Shown here one piece after another: positions 10,361-18,516 of a stretch of DNA of 64,000 nt (position 1 is its first letter; each line of letters begins with the position of its first letter). The DNA lies in NCBI GenBank assembly GCA_050692175.1, contig JBOGTG010000103.1, forward strand, positions 1,363 to 65,362. Reading direction: 5' to 3'. The stretch is from Candidatus Limnocylindria bacterium. GTDB lineage: Bacteria > Chloroflexota > Limnocylindria > P2-11E. The position numbers and the translations under genes are program-made. The notes beneath the pieces are model-generated. The model did not search any database, was not told the DNA's origin, and was given only the letters and a program-made list of their open reading frames with translations.

Positions 10361-12934
10361 GTGGGCGGGGACAAGCGCAATTTCAGACTGTCAAAGGATG
10401 TCCTGCCGAGCCGCTACGAGCTGCGGTTCGAGCTCGAGTTCGACACATGGACATCGAATGGCTCGGAGCGGATAACGCTGCGCTCGGCGCGGCCGTCGCG
10501 GGAGATCACCCTCCACGCCCTCGAACTGGAGATCGTCACCGCGATGATCGACGGAAAGAACAAGCTCGAAAAGGCCATCATGGACACCGAGCAGGAGACC
10601 GCGACGCTCCGGTTCGCGAACGACATCCCAGCCGGCGAGCACATGCTCGAGATCTCGTGGAAGGGCGGCATCCGGGACTCGCTCCGCGGCCTTTATCGCT
10701 CTCTCCGGGGCGAGGAGCGCTACGCCGCCACGCAGTTCGAGGCCGCCGACGCCCGGCGAGCCTTCCCCTGCTTCGACGAGCCGGAGTTCAAGGCCCGTTT
10801 CTCGCTCGAGCTCCTCCACCCGGCGGGAAACGCGGCGATCGGAAACATGCCCACCACGTCCCAGGAGGAGCTCGACGAGCGACGCACCCGTACGCGTTTC
10901 CGCGAGACACCCAAGATCTCCTCGTACCTCGTCGCGTTCAGCGTCGGGCCGTACGAGTTCACGCCGACGGTCACCACCCCGTCCGGGATCCCCGTCCGCG
11001 TCTGCCTCCCACCGGGACTCGCCGAGCAGGGCATCTACGCGCGCGACGCGCACGTGCGATCGGTGGAATGGCTTCAGGACTACACCGCGATCCCCTATCC
11101 GTATATCAAGGTCGACGCGATCGGGATCCCCGACTTCGAAGCGGGCGCGATGGAGAACCCCGGCGCGATCACCTACCGCACGCGGCTCCTCGCGGCGGAC
11201 GATCGCAACGCCTCGATCCAGACCCTGAAGGGCATCTTCAGCACTGCCGCGCACGAGCTCACCCACATGTGGTGGGGCGACCTCGTCACGATGCGCTGGT
11301 GGACAGACCTCTGGCTGAACGAATCGTTCGCTTCATTCGTCGGCGAGAAGGCTACGGCCGCGCTCAATCCGGAGTGGCGCTACTGGCGCGACTTCGTCGC
11401 CGACAACACAAGCGCGTTTAACCTCGACGCCCTCGCCTCGACCCACCCGATCTCCGTCGAGGCAAAGAGCGCGGAAGAAGCGTCGCAGCGATTCGATGCG
11501 ATCTCGTACACGAAGGGCGCAGCCGTGCTCCGCATGATCGAGGGCTACCTTGGCGAGGAGGCCTTCCGCGAGGGCGTTCGGATCTACCTGAAGCGTCATG
11601 CTGAGGCGAACGCATCGGCCGACGACTTCTGGCGCGCTCTCGACGAGGCGTCCGGGCAGGACGTGACAAGGGTCGCGAACGCGTGGATCAAGGAGCCCGG
11701 GCACCCGCTCGTTCACATCCGCGCGCAGCAGACGGGCGGCGGGCTCGAGCTCGAGCTCACGCAAGCGCGGTACTTCTCGGACTCGAACGCGAAGCCGACC
11801 GGCCAGGTGTGGCCCGTGCCGATGGTTCTCAAGTACGGCACCGCCGACGGCACCCGCGAGCACCGCTTCGTGCTCCGCCGCGCGCGCGAAACCCTGCGGC
11901 TCGAGGGCGCGCGTTGGTTCTTCCCCAACGGCGGCGGCCGCGGCTTCTACCGATTCCAATTCGCCTCGGCGCTCGAAGGCGATCTCCTTGATCAGGGCGT
12001 CGCGCAGCTTTCAGCGGAGGAACGGCTCGCGCTGCTCGACGATCTCTGGGCACTGGTCCGTCACGGCAAGGACAAGCTCGCGACGTTCCTCCACCGCGTG
12101 GAGACGCTCCGCGGCGAGCAGGACCGCGCGGTCCTCGCTTCGATCGCCGACGCGCTCACCTGGCTCGCGAACTACGCGGTCCGCGACGCGACGGAACGGC
12201 CCTTCGCCCGTCTGGTCGAGGATCTCTTCCGTCCGATCCTGGATACGACCGGCTGGCGGACGGCGGACGGCGAAGACTCCGACATCCGCGAGAAGCGGAC
12301 GCGGGCGATCGGCATGCTCGGGCTGTACGCGCGAGCTGAGGACGTCCGTGCGGAGGCGCAGCGTCTGGTCCGCGCGCATCTGGATGACGACGAGCGGCTG
12401 CACCCGGACGTGGCCGGCATCGTGGTCGCGGTCGCGGCCACGATCGGTGACGACCGGCTGTGGGAGCGGTACGTCGCGCGCATGCAGCAGGCGCAGGCCA
12501 CCGACGCCCAGGAGGAGACGCGGTTCCGGCAGGGTCTGGTCTTCTTCGAGGACCAGCAGCTCGCGCGCCGGACCGGCGACGCCATCTTCTCGCCGCTCAT
12601 CCGCGTCCAAGACCGCGGGATCATGCTCGGGCCGATGCTGCAGTTCCGTCGCGCGCGGCCGGTGGCTTGGCAGGTCCTGAAGGAGCATTGGGACGCCGAT
12701 GTCGCGAACGCCGAGATCGCGCCGCTCCTGAAGCAGTCGATGGTCAACGCGGTCAGCCAGCTGGCTCAGCGTGGCCTCGCCGATGAGGCGGCCGCCTTCC
12801 TCGAACAAAAGAAAACTCCGGACGTCGCCGAGACCGTCGCGCAAGCCCTCGAGCGCCTCCGCGTCAACACCGCCGCCGCGGAGCGCCTCGCGGACGAGCT
12901 CGAGAACGAATTGCGAGTGGCGACGCCGAGCTGA
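10361..12934 (+). CDS. pepN: M1-family aminopeptidase N
   Basis: GAMENPG and HELTHMWWGD..WLNESFA (HEXXH-E) motifs are present. The start is set at GTG 10361, because track ORF sequence upstream of it is antisense to ettA. Confidence 0.9.
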   Translation: MGGDKRNFRLSKDVLPSRYELRFELEFDTWTSNGSERITLRSARPSREITLHALELEIVTAMIDGKNKLEKAIMDTEQETATLRFANDIPAGEHMLEISWKGGIRDSLRGLYRSLRGEERYAATQFEAADARRAFPCFDEPEFKARFSLELLHPAGNAAIGNMPTTSQEELDERRTRTRFRETPKISSYLVAFSVGPYEFTPTVTTPSGIPVRVCLPPGLAEQGIYARDAHVRSVEWLQDYTAIPYPYIKVDAIGIPDFEAGAMENPGAITYRTRLLAADDRNASIQTLKGIFSTAAHELTHMWWGDLVTMRWWTDLWLNESFASFVGEKATAALNPEWRYWRDFVADNTSAFNLDALASTHPISVEAKSAEEASQRFDAISYTKGAAVLRMIEGYLGEEAFREGVRIYLKRHAEANASADDFWRALDEASGQDVTRVANAWIKEPGHPLVHIRAQQTGGGLELELTQARYFSDSNAKPTGQVWPVPMVLKYGTADGTREHRFVLRRARETLRLEGARWFFPNGGGRGFYRFQFASALEGDLLDQGVAQLSAEERLALLDDLWALVRHGKDKLATFLHRVETLRGEQDRAVLASIADALTWLANYAVRDATERPFARLVEDLFRPILDTTGWRTADGEDSDIREKRTRAIGMLGLYARAEDVRAEAQRLVRAHLDDDERLHPDVAGIVVAVAATIGDDRLWERYVARMQQAQATDAQEETRFRQGLVFFEDQQLARRTGDAIFSPLIRVQDRGIMLGPMLQFRRARPVAWQVLKEHWDADVANAEIAPLLKQSMVNAVSQLAQRGLADEAAAFLEQKKTPDVAETVAQALERLRVNTAAAERLADELENELRVATPS

Positions 12935-12945
12935 GTCGGAGGGTG

Positions 12946-13950
12946 CTAACCCCCGATGAAGCTCATCTCGATCTTGTGAAGACCGGCAGTCTCCTCGGAG
13001 CGAAGGTCAGAGTAGCGATCGGTCCGCTCCGTCCACACCGCCGCGATGGCTTGGGTGATCTCGTCGTCGGTAGCTTCGCTCCGCACGAGCGCGCGCAGGT
13101 CGTGACCCTGCGTCGCGAAGAGGCACGTGTACAGCGAGCCGTCAGCTGAGAGTCTCGCTCGGGTGCAGTCCGCGCAGAAAGGCTGGGTCACGGATGAGAT
13201 GACCCCGATCTCGCCGCTCCCGTCCTTGTACCGGTAGCGTGCGGCGACCTCGCCGCGATAGCCCGCCTGAACGGGCTCGATCGGCATCTCGCGGTCGATC
13301 ATCGCAACGATCTCGCGCGCCGGTACGACATCGTCGAGCCGCCAGCCGTTCGTTGAGCCCACGTCCATGAACTCGATGAAGCGGAGCGTCATGCCGGTGC
13401 CTTTGAAGTAGCGGGCCATCGGCACGATGCTCGACTCGTTCACGCCGCGCTTGGTGACCATATTGATCTTGATCGGCGCGAGCCCCGAGGCGCGCGCCGC
13501 CTCGATCCCGGCCAGCACCTTCGCGACTGGGAAGTCGGCGTCGTTCATCGCGCGGAAGGTGGCATCGTCGAGCGAGTCGAGGCTGACGGTGACGCGCCGG
13601 AGGCCGGCGTCGGCGAGTGAGCGCGCCTTCTGGGCGAGGAGCGAGCCGTTCGTGGTCAACGTGAGGTCGAGATCGCCGATCCGTGCGAGCTTTTCGACGA
13701 GGCGTTCGAGGTCTCGACGGACGAGCGGCTCGCCGCCGGTGAGGCGGATCTTCCGCACGCCGAGCGCGACAAAGAGGCGCACGAGGCGCTCGATCTCCTC
13801 GAAGGTCAGGATCTCGGCGCGCGGCAGGAACTGGTAATCCTTGCCGAAGATCTCCTTGGGCATGCAGTAGACGCAGCGGAAGTTACATCGATCGGTGACG
13901 CTGATCCGGAGGTCATGCAGCGGTCGGCCGAACGTGTCGAGTGGCTTCAC
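12946..13950 (-). CDS. moaA: GTP 3',8-cyclase (molybdenum cofactor biosynthesis, radical SAM)
   Basis: [10 protein letters not shown] radical-SAM motif, C-terminal [13 protein letters not shown] cluster, 334 aa. Confidence 0.93.
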   Translation of the reverse strand: MKPLDTFGRPLHDLRISVTDRCNFRCVYCMPKEIFGKDYQFLPRAEILTFEEIERLVRLFVALGVRKIRLTGGEPLVRRDLERLVEKLARIGDLDLTLTTNGSLLAQKARSLADAGLRRVTVSLDSLDDATFRAMNDADFPVAKVLAGIEAARASGLAPIKINMVTKRGVNESSIVPMARYFKGTGMTLRFIEFMDVGSTNGWRLDDVVPAREIVAMIDREMPIEPVQAGYRGEVAARYRYKDGSGEIGVISSVTQPFCADCTRARLSADGSLYTCLFATQGHDLRALVRSEATDDEITQAIAAVWTERTDRYSDLRSEETAGLHKIEMSFIGG

Positions 13951-14047
13951 AGACGAAAAGTATGAGGCCCCGGCGCGCCCAACTTCGCTAGGCCGACGTG
14001 ACCGCGAACAGATCGAGGTTTTCCGGAGCTTTTGTGCGTGGCCGCTG

Positions 14048-14230
14048 CTACCGCATCCCAGGCGTCGTCATCTGTGGCATCCCGCCCATCATCGGAACGC
14101 AGCTCGCCGCCATCGTGGTCCACATGAAGATCCACGGGAGCGCCGCGATAAGCCCAACTACCACAAGCGCGATGAAGAGCGCCCTAGCCCACGCTGGCCA
14201 AACCTCTGGGGAAGCGGTCTGAACTGTCAC
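14048..14230 (-). CDS. Small single-TM protein with a Met-rich C-terminal tail
   Basis: AGGAGG lies 7 nt upstream of GTG 14230. One TM segment ([19 protein letters not shown]) is followed by [16 protein letters not shown]. The track start (14290) would overlap the extended upstream ORF. Confidence 0.45.
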   Translation of the reverse strand: MTVQTASPEVWPAWARALFIALVVVGLIAALPWIFMWTTMAASCVPMMGGMPQMTTPGMR

Positions 14231-14241
14231 CGGCGAACCTC

Positions 14242-14754
14242 CTATTGGGGCGGAAGCGGGGTATTGGTGCCCGGCCCGCGGCCGCTCCACTTCTCGTCGA
14301 CCCTGCGGCGAATCGCGAGGAGCGTCATGCCCTGGGCTTTCAAGTCGATCACGTCACGCGTGATCCCCGTGCAGATGTCTCAGCCAAAGCTCATCGTGTC
14401 CAGCCGCACACGGCCATCGGCCAGAACCTCGCGCACATAGCAGTCGAAATTCGAGCGGTGGCCGCCGGCGACGCAACCGCAATAGCACGGGAACCACTTG
14501 AGAGTCGCCTCGTTCACAGCGGCGTAGCGATACATGGCTTGTGTCTCTGCCGGCAGCTGCAAGAACTCGGCAGGCCACTCGTTCGTAGTCGGATTCGCGT
14601 AGAGCGGCGCGAGCGCATCCCCAGGCCGGGATGTGCCTCCGACACACGCGCCACCGATGGCACCAGCGGCCAGGAGCAGGAACTTGCGGCGCGACAGACT
14701 CACGGCGCTATTCTCGCTCATGTCTTTCCACGCGGAGCTTCGTTGGGATCCCAA
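14242..14754 (-). CDS. Tat-signal PCYCGC-domain protein. The canonical ORF stops at TGA 14382-14380; the proposed Sec read-through runs to TAG 14244-14242.
   Basis: SRRKFLLLAAG twin-arginine signal and WFPCYCGC motif. After the TGA the frame stays open for 45 codons (DICTGITRDVIDLKAQGMTLLAIRRRVDEKW...) with 39/45 G/C at third positions. A hairpin follows the TGA. The likely start is ATG 14721 or 14754. Confidence 0.55.
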
Positions 14755-14791
14755 CGCTTGACCACGCGATCAGAGCGAGCGTCGCGCCTCG

Positions 14792-15259
14792 TCACTCGGG
14801 ATCGTCGATGAAACCCCAGGCGTCGATTTCGATGAGTAAGTCCTCCCTTGCGAGGCCAGCTACGACCCCCGTCTGACAGGGTCGGATGCCGCCTTCGAAG
14901 TATTTGCGAATCACGGGGTAAGTCTCCTCGCGATACCTGATATCCGTCACATAGACCGTGAGCTTCACGACGTCCGACATGCTCCCACCGGCCATTTCCA
15001 TCAACGTCTTGATGTTCTCGCACGCTTGCCGGGCTTGAGCGGCAGGGTCGCCGGCACCGACAAACCTACCGTCCAGCGTGATTCCTGTCTGGCCCGTCAT
15101 GTAGACGAAGTTGCCCAAGCGATAACACTCAGCGCGTAATCCCCGGCTACCCAGAAGGCCGAGATGGCTCGCGTCGACAGAGTGAATCAGTTGCTTCTTG
15201 ACGCGGATGTACCTAAGAGGCGATCGGAGAGTTGCGGAGGCGGAGTTCGGGCACCGCAA
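14792..15259 (-). CDS. RidA/YjgF/L-PSP family protein
   Basis: ..[32 protein letters not shown].. is typical of the family. The start is uncertain, because ATG 15259 overlaps copZ by 47 nt. Confidence 0.8.
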   Translation of the reverse strand: MRCPNSASATLRSPLRYIRVKKQLIHSVDASHLGLLGSRGLRAECYRLGNFVYMTGQTGITLDGRFVGAGDPAAQARQACENIKTLMEMAGGSMSDVVKLTVYVTDIRYREETYPVIRKYFEGGIRPCQTGVVAGLAREDLLIEIDAWGFIDDPE

Positions 15260-15428
15260 CGGGAGCCTCTGCGAAGCGGACGCGCGCCGTTTCCGTCGCC
15301 AGGTTCACGCTGGCGTCGCTCACGCCCGGGTTCGCGAGCGCGCCTTCCACCGTGCGTACGCAGCTCGCGCACGTCATGCCCTCGATTGCGAGGGTGAGCT
15401 CCTGTTCGCGCTCCTTGGCGACTGTCAT
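15213..15428 (-). CDS. copZ: Heavy-metal-associated (HMA) copper chaperone
   Basis: The 71 aa product has the GMTCASC metal-binding motif. Its start abuts the stop of the upstream gene. Confidence 0.85.
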   Translation of the reverse strand: MTVAKEREQELTLAIEGMTCASCVRTVEGALANPGVSDASVNLATETARVRFAEAPVAVPELRLRNSPIAS

Positions 15429-15847
15429 GTTCCGTGCGACTCCGCGGTCTCGCAGATTCCGGCGTCAGCCGGAGCTTGCGCGGTGGCGACACGCTCGCGG
15501 TCGAGCACCTCGACGATCTGAGGATGGGCATCGGACAGGCAGCAACGACACGACTTGTACCAGGCACGGATCCCGGCATCGATCGTGGGCGCGGCGGTGC
15601 CAGCGCCATGCGCATGCGCGCTCCCGCCGCTTTCGTGACCGTCGCCGTGGGAATCGCCCCCTTTGGCGAGCCAGGCCTCAACCTTCGGGATGTACGTGCT
15701 GGGACTCTTCGCGAACTTCTGCTGGCAACCGGCTGAGCAAAAGCCATACTCACGTTCCGCATATTCAAGGGTCAGTCCCTCTTCGCGCGCCCCGTCGAGG
15801 TCGACGATCATGTCGCAGATCGGATCGAGAATCTTTCCACTAGCCAT
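15425..15847 (-). CDS. YHS/TRASH-domain metal-binding protein with a His-rich linker and Cys-rich C-terminal half
   Basis: N-terminus [18 protein letters not shown] (YHS-like), then [18 protein letters not shown], then KSCRCC. Confidence 0.75.
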   Translation of the reverse strand: MASGKILDPICDMIVDLDGAREEGLTLEYAEREYGFCSAGCQQKFAKSPSTYIPKVEAWLAKGGDSHGDGHESGGSAHAHGAGTAAPTIDAGIRAWYKSCRCCLSDAHPQIVEVLDRERVATAQAPADAGICETAESHGT

Positions 15848-15875
15848 TTCTGCAGTTCCCCTTTTATCTAGCGAT

Positions 15876-16136
15876 CTAGCGACGCGCGAGCTCGAGCACG
15901 TCAGCGAGCTCTTTCAAGACCTCGTCCTTGCGCCCCTCGCGAAGGGCCTGGGGCACGCAGGTGTCCAGATGACCGCGCAGGAGCTCCGACTCGAAGCGCT
16001 TGAACGCACGGTCGACGGCGTAGGTCTGCTTGAGCACGTCGATGCAGTACGTGCCCTCGTCGACCATCCGCCGGATGGCCTTCACGTGCCCTTCGATGCT
16101 GGCCAAGCGCGCGCCGAGCGCCTGCTGTTGCTTCAT
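15876..16136 (-). CDS. csoR: CsoR/RcnR-family metal-sensing repressor
   Basis: The 86 aa product from ATG 16136 reads RLASIEGHVKAIRRMV..YCIDVLKQ..HLDTC, containing the C-H-C ligand pattern. Confidence 0.85.
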   Translation of the reverse strand: MKQQQALGARLASIEGHVKAIRRMVDEGTYCIDVLKQTYAVDRAFKRFESELLRGHLDTCVPQALREGRKDEVLKELADVLELARR

Positions 16137-16164
16137 CTGGAGTCCTCCCGCCGGCGTGACAAGT

Positions 16165-16581
16165 CTACCCCCTCCGGGAGGGGGGTGGGTCGAACGATCT
16201 ACCGGCGCGTACCGGACGCACGAGTCGCGGAGCAGAGGCACAGCTCGTCGCTGCAGCCAACCTCATTGGCGGTGAGCAGGCCGATAGCTCGTGCCGCACA
16301 CTGTCAAGCTCCTGGAGACGAGTCTCGACCGCGGTTAGGTGCGTCCGTAGTCGGGAGACGATGACCCTGGAAGAAGGACGGCAACTGAGCTCTTCGGTGG
16401 CGCGAACGAGCCGAGCAAACTCACCCAATGCGAGCCCCAGCCGCTGCATGCGGCGGACGAAGCGCAGCTGCGTGAGGGCGCCATCGTCGAACAGTCGTTG
16501 TCCTCCCGCTGAACGGCTCGCGGCGCGGATCAACTTGCGGTCCGCGTCATACCGGACGGACACGGCCCTAACCTCCGACAT
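16165..16581 (-). CDS. MerR-family-like protein with an incomplete N-terminal HTH
   Basis: ..GGQRLFDDGALTQLRFVRRMQRLGLALGEFARLV.. matches the MerR wing and dimerisation helix. The first HTH helix is missing, and no alternative frame supplies it. Confidence 0.5.
   Translation of the reverse strand: MSEVRAVSVRYDADRKLIRAASRSAGGQRLFDDGALTQLRFVRRMQRLGLALGEFARLVRATEELSCRPSSRVIVSRLRTHLTAVETRLQELDSVRHELSACSPPMRLAAATSCASAPRLVRPVRAGRSFDPPPSRRG
16166..16187. promoter_or_regulatory. CsoR-operator-like C-tract/G-tract inverted repeat upstream of csoR
   Basis: The sequence is TACCCCCTCCGGGAGGGGGGTG. CCCCCTCC (16168-16175) is the exact reverse complement of GGAGGGGG (16177-16184). It lies 30-50 nt upstream of the csoR ATG. 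Known CsoR sites are GC-rich C4/G4 pseudo-palindromes. Confidence 0.45.
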
Positions 16582-16638
16582 CGGCGACGAGACCCGGCCA
16601 GATGAGCGTTCCCGCGACCGCGAGCGCGACGAGACACC

Positions 16639-16893
16639 TCACCGTGACAGGCGAGCGCGCACCGCGTCCGTGATCGCGGCGTGCTTCGGGAACCCTCCGT
16701 CGCGGTTCATCGAGTGCACCAGATCCCCGTCGACGGAGACCTCGAAGGTCCCGCCGTCCCACGGGATGAGCTCGATGCACGAGAGTCGCGCGCCGAACTC
16801 GAGCATGAGCGCCTTCGCGAGGTCGAGGGTCTGCGTCTCGTAGCCGCATTCGGCGCAGTACGTGATCTTGACCTTGTGCGCGGTCGGGGTCAT
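16639..16893 (-). CDS. Rdx family (SelW/SelT/SelH-like) thioredoxin-fold protein, Cys form
   Basis: KVKITYCAECGY (CxxC at the position that is CxxU in selenoprotein members), ..GGTFEVSVDGDLVHS..GGFP.. 84 aa. Confidence 0.75.
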   Translation of the reverse strand: MTPTAHKVKITYCAECGYETQTLDLAKALMLEFGARLSCIELIPWDGGTFEVSVDGDLVHSMNRDGGFPKHAAITDAVRARLSR

Positions 16894-17489
16894 GCGGCGA
16901 CGCGCGTCGCGATCTCCCGGAGCTCTCGGACTACCTCGGCGTTTGCGAACCTCGTGGTTTCGTCCCGCATCTTCGCGAGCTCGGCCTGCAGCCGAACGCG
17001 GGCGTCTTCCGAGAGCTGATCGACCGGCGCGTCGGGCGATCCGAACTCAGGATGCGCCGCGAAGATCTCCCGCCGGCGCTTCGCTCGCACCTCGGTGACC
17101 GATGCGGGCCGCTCGATCCAGTGCCCGAGCTCGCGGAAGTCATCGTCGAAGAAGGCGAAGACTGGGATCGACTTGAACTGCCCTTGGTTCAGGTAGCGCT
17201 GCATGATGTCGTCGTTCTGATCGCGGAGGAAGATCCGCACATCGAGCTTTCCGCTGTCCTTCGCGAGCCGGCCCAGGACGGGAAGATTCGCGAGAACGTC
17301 TCCGCACCAATCCTCAGCCAGAACCACGACCTTCACCGGGCGCGGCAGCGCGCGAAACGGAGCGAGCTCATCCGTGCCCAGCTCCACGCGGCGTTCGTTC
17401 TCTTCGAGGCGCTCGCGATTCCGCGTCATCTGCGACTTGAATCCGTCGTAGGTCAGGCCTTTATCGAACCGAGCGCGATCGATCGTCAT
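16890..17489 (-). CDS. Thioredoxin-like family protein (single-Cys WCGD motif)
   Basis: VVVLAEDWCGDVLANLPVL. An ATGA-type overlap with the downstream Rdx gene is present. The start is taken at MTIDRARF (ATG 17489). Confidence 0.7.
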   Translation of the reverse strand: MTIDRARFDKGLTYDGFKSQMTRNRERLEENERRVELGTDELAPFRALPRPVKVVVLAEDWCGDVLANLPVLGRLAKDSGKLDVRIFLRDQNDDIMQRYLNQGQFKSIPVFAFFDDDFRELGHWIERPASVTEVRAKRRREIFAAHPEFGSPDAPVDQLSEDARVRLQAELAKMRDETTRFANAEVVRELREIATRVAA

Positions 17490-17561
17490 TAGAACTGCCT
17501 CCCGAGATGCCCGGATGATGGCATCACGGAGCACAACGCGTAGGCAGGCCCGAAGATTCCT

Positions 17562-17810
17562 TCAGCGGCCCGAGCGACGCTTTCTCGCGGTCGCCCCTTT
17601 GCGGCCCGCGGCGGACATGTCACGCTTCGCGCGGGCCCGCTCGCTCGGCGGCTTCGGTTCTTTCGTCTCGCCTTTCGCGGTCCGCGTCTGATTGACCGTG
17701 GCCGCGGCTATCCGCTCCGCGGTTCGCTCGGATCGGCCACGCTTCTTGAGGTTCGACTTGATGTGGTCGTACTGCCGCTCGCGCTTTTCGGTCCAGGCGT
17801 CCTGTGGCAT
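17562..17810 (-). CDS. Small basic conserved hypothetical protein
   Basis: 82 aa and Lys/Arg-rich (MPQDAWTEKRERQYDHIKSNLKKRGRSERTAERIAAATVN..). Codon bias is good. No function is assignable. Confidence 0.5.
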   Translation of the reverse strand: MPQDAWTEKRERQYDHIKSNLKKRGRSERTAERIAAATVNQTRTAKGETKEPKPPSERARAKRDMSAAGRKGATARKRRSGR

Positions 17811-17852
17811 TGCGTCACCTCCCGGATCGGTGCGTGCAAGCGGCGTGCGCGA

Positions 17853-18502
17853 TCAGCCGCGGAATCGCGACGAGTCCAGGGCGAGGAGGTCCGCGATCCG
17901 GTCCACAGTGACGTCGGGCGCCGGGCCGTCGGGACGCGCGGATGCGTAGTGCCCCTGACGGACGTGGATTGTCGTCACGCGGTCACCCAGGGCGAGCTTC
18001 GTCCGCGCGAGAAGCGCCGCCTTGTCTTCGACGTGGACGTATCGGACCGCCGGGAAGCGGCGCTGCACCTCGGCGAGGTGATCCTCTTTGTGCTCGTAGA
18101 CCAGCACGTCCCCGCGCACCGCGACGAGGAGTCCGGCACGATCGATCTTCGCGGGCTGGTAGACACGGTCGCCGTCCGAGAGGATCGCGACGTCGCCGAT
18201 TGTCCGGAGCCGCGCGATCACCTCGAGGGCGAGCGGATAGAGGTACCGCTCGAACGGCACGGTCAGCACCGCGCGATCGACGTCGTCGGTGTGCGGTTCG
18301 TCCGGATAGGCGCGGCGGAAGCGCCGGAGCGTTTCAGGAAAGTCCACGACGCTTTCATCTCTTCGTACTTCCTCGTACAGGGACCAGAAGCGCAGCGCGC
18401 GATCGGCGGGAACCACGCCGGCGATGGCGCGCTCGATGTCCTTCTTGACGCGGTCGTTGTCCACCAGCGTGTTGTCCACGTCGAGGAGGAAAACGAGCTC
18501 AT
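17853..18502 (-). CDS. HAD-superfamily hydrolase with an apparent 1-nt frameshift at the extreme 5' end
   Basis: The body (from 18479) is HAD-like. Motif I (FLLDVDNTL) begins upstream of the only in-frame start. The ATG at 18502 is in another frame across a T/C run. Confidence 0.6.
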
Positions 18503-18516
18503 CAGAATGACGCGTG

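Noticed and set aside
13951-14047. Possible Moco riboswitch upstream of moaA
   Set aside because: Only 97 nt are available, and I could not recognise the conserved Moco-motif elements. moaA may simply be co-transcribed with, or promoted just downstream of, the copper cluster.
14380-14382. TGA reassignment (alternative genetic code) as an explanation for the in-frame TGA
   Set aside because: TGA is used as a normal terminator by many confident genes in the window (for example ettA, the membrane protein at 8034 and the sensor histidine kinase ending at 33300). This rules out global recoding. Site-specific Sec insertion or a nonsense mutation remain the options.
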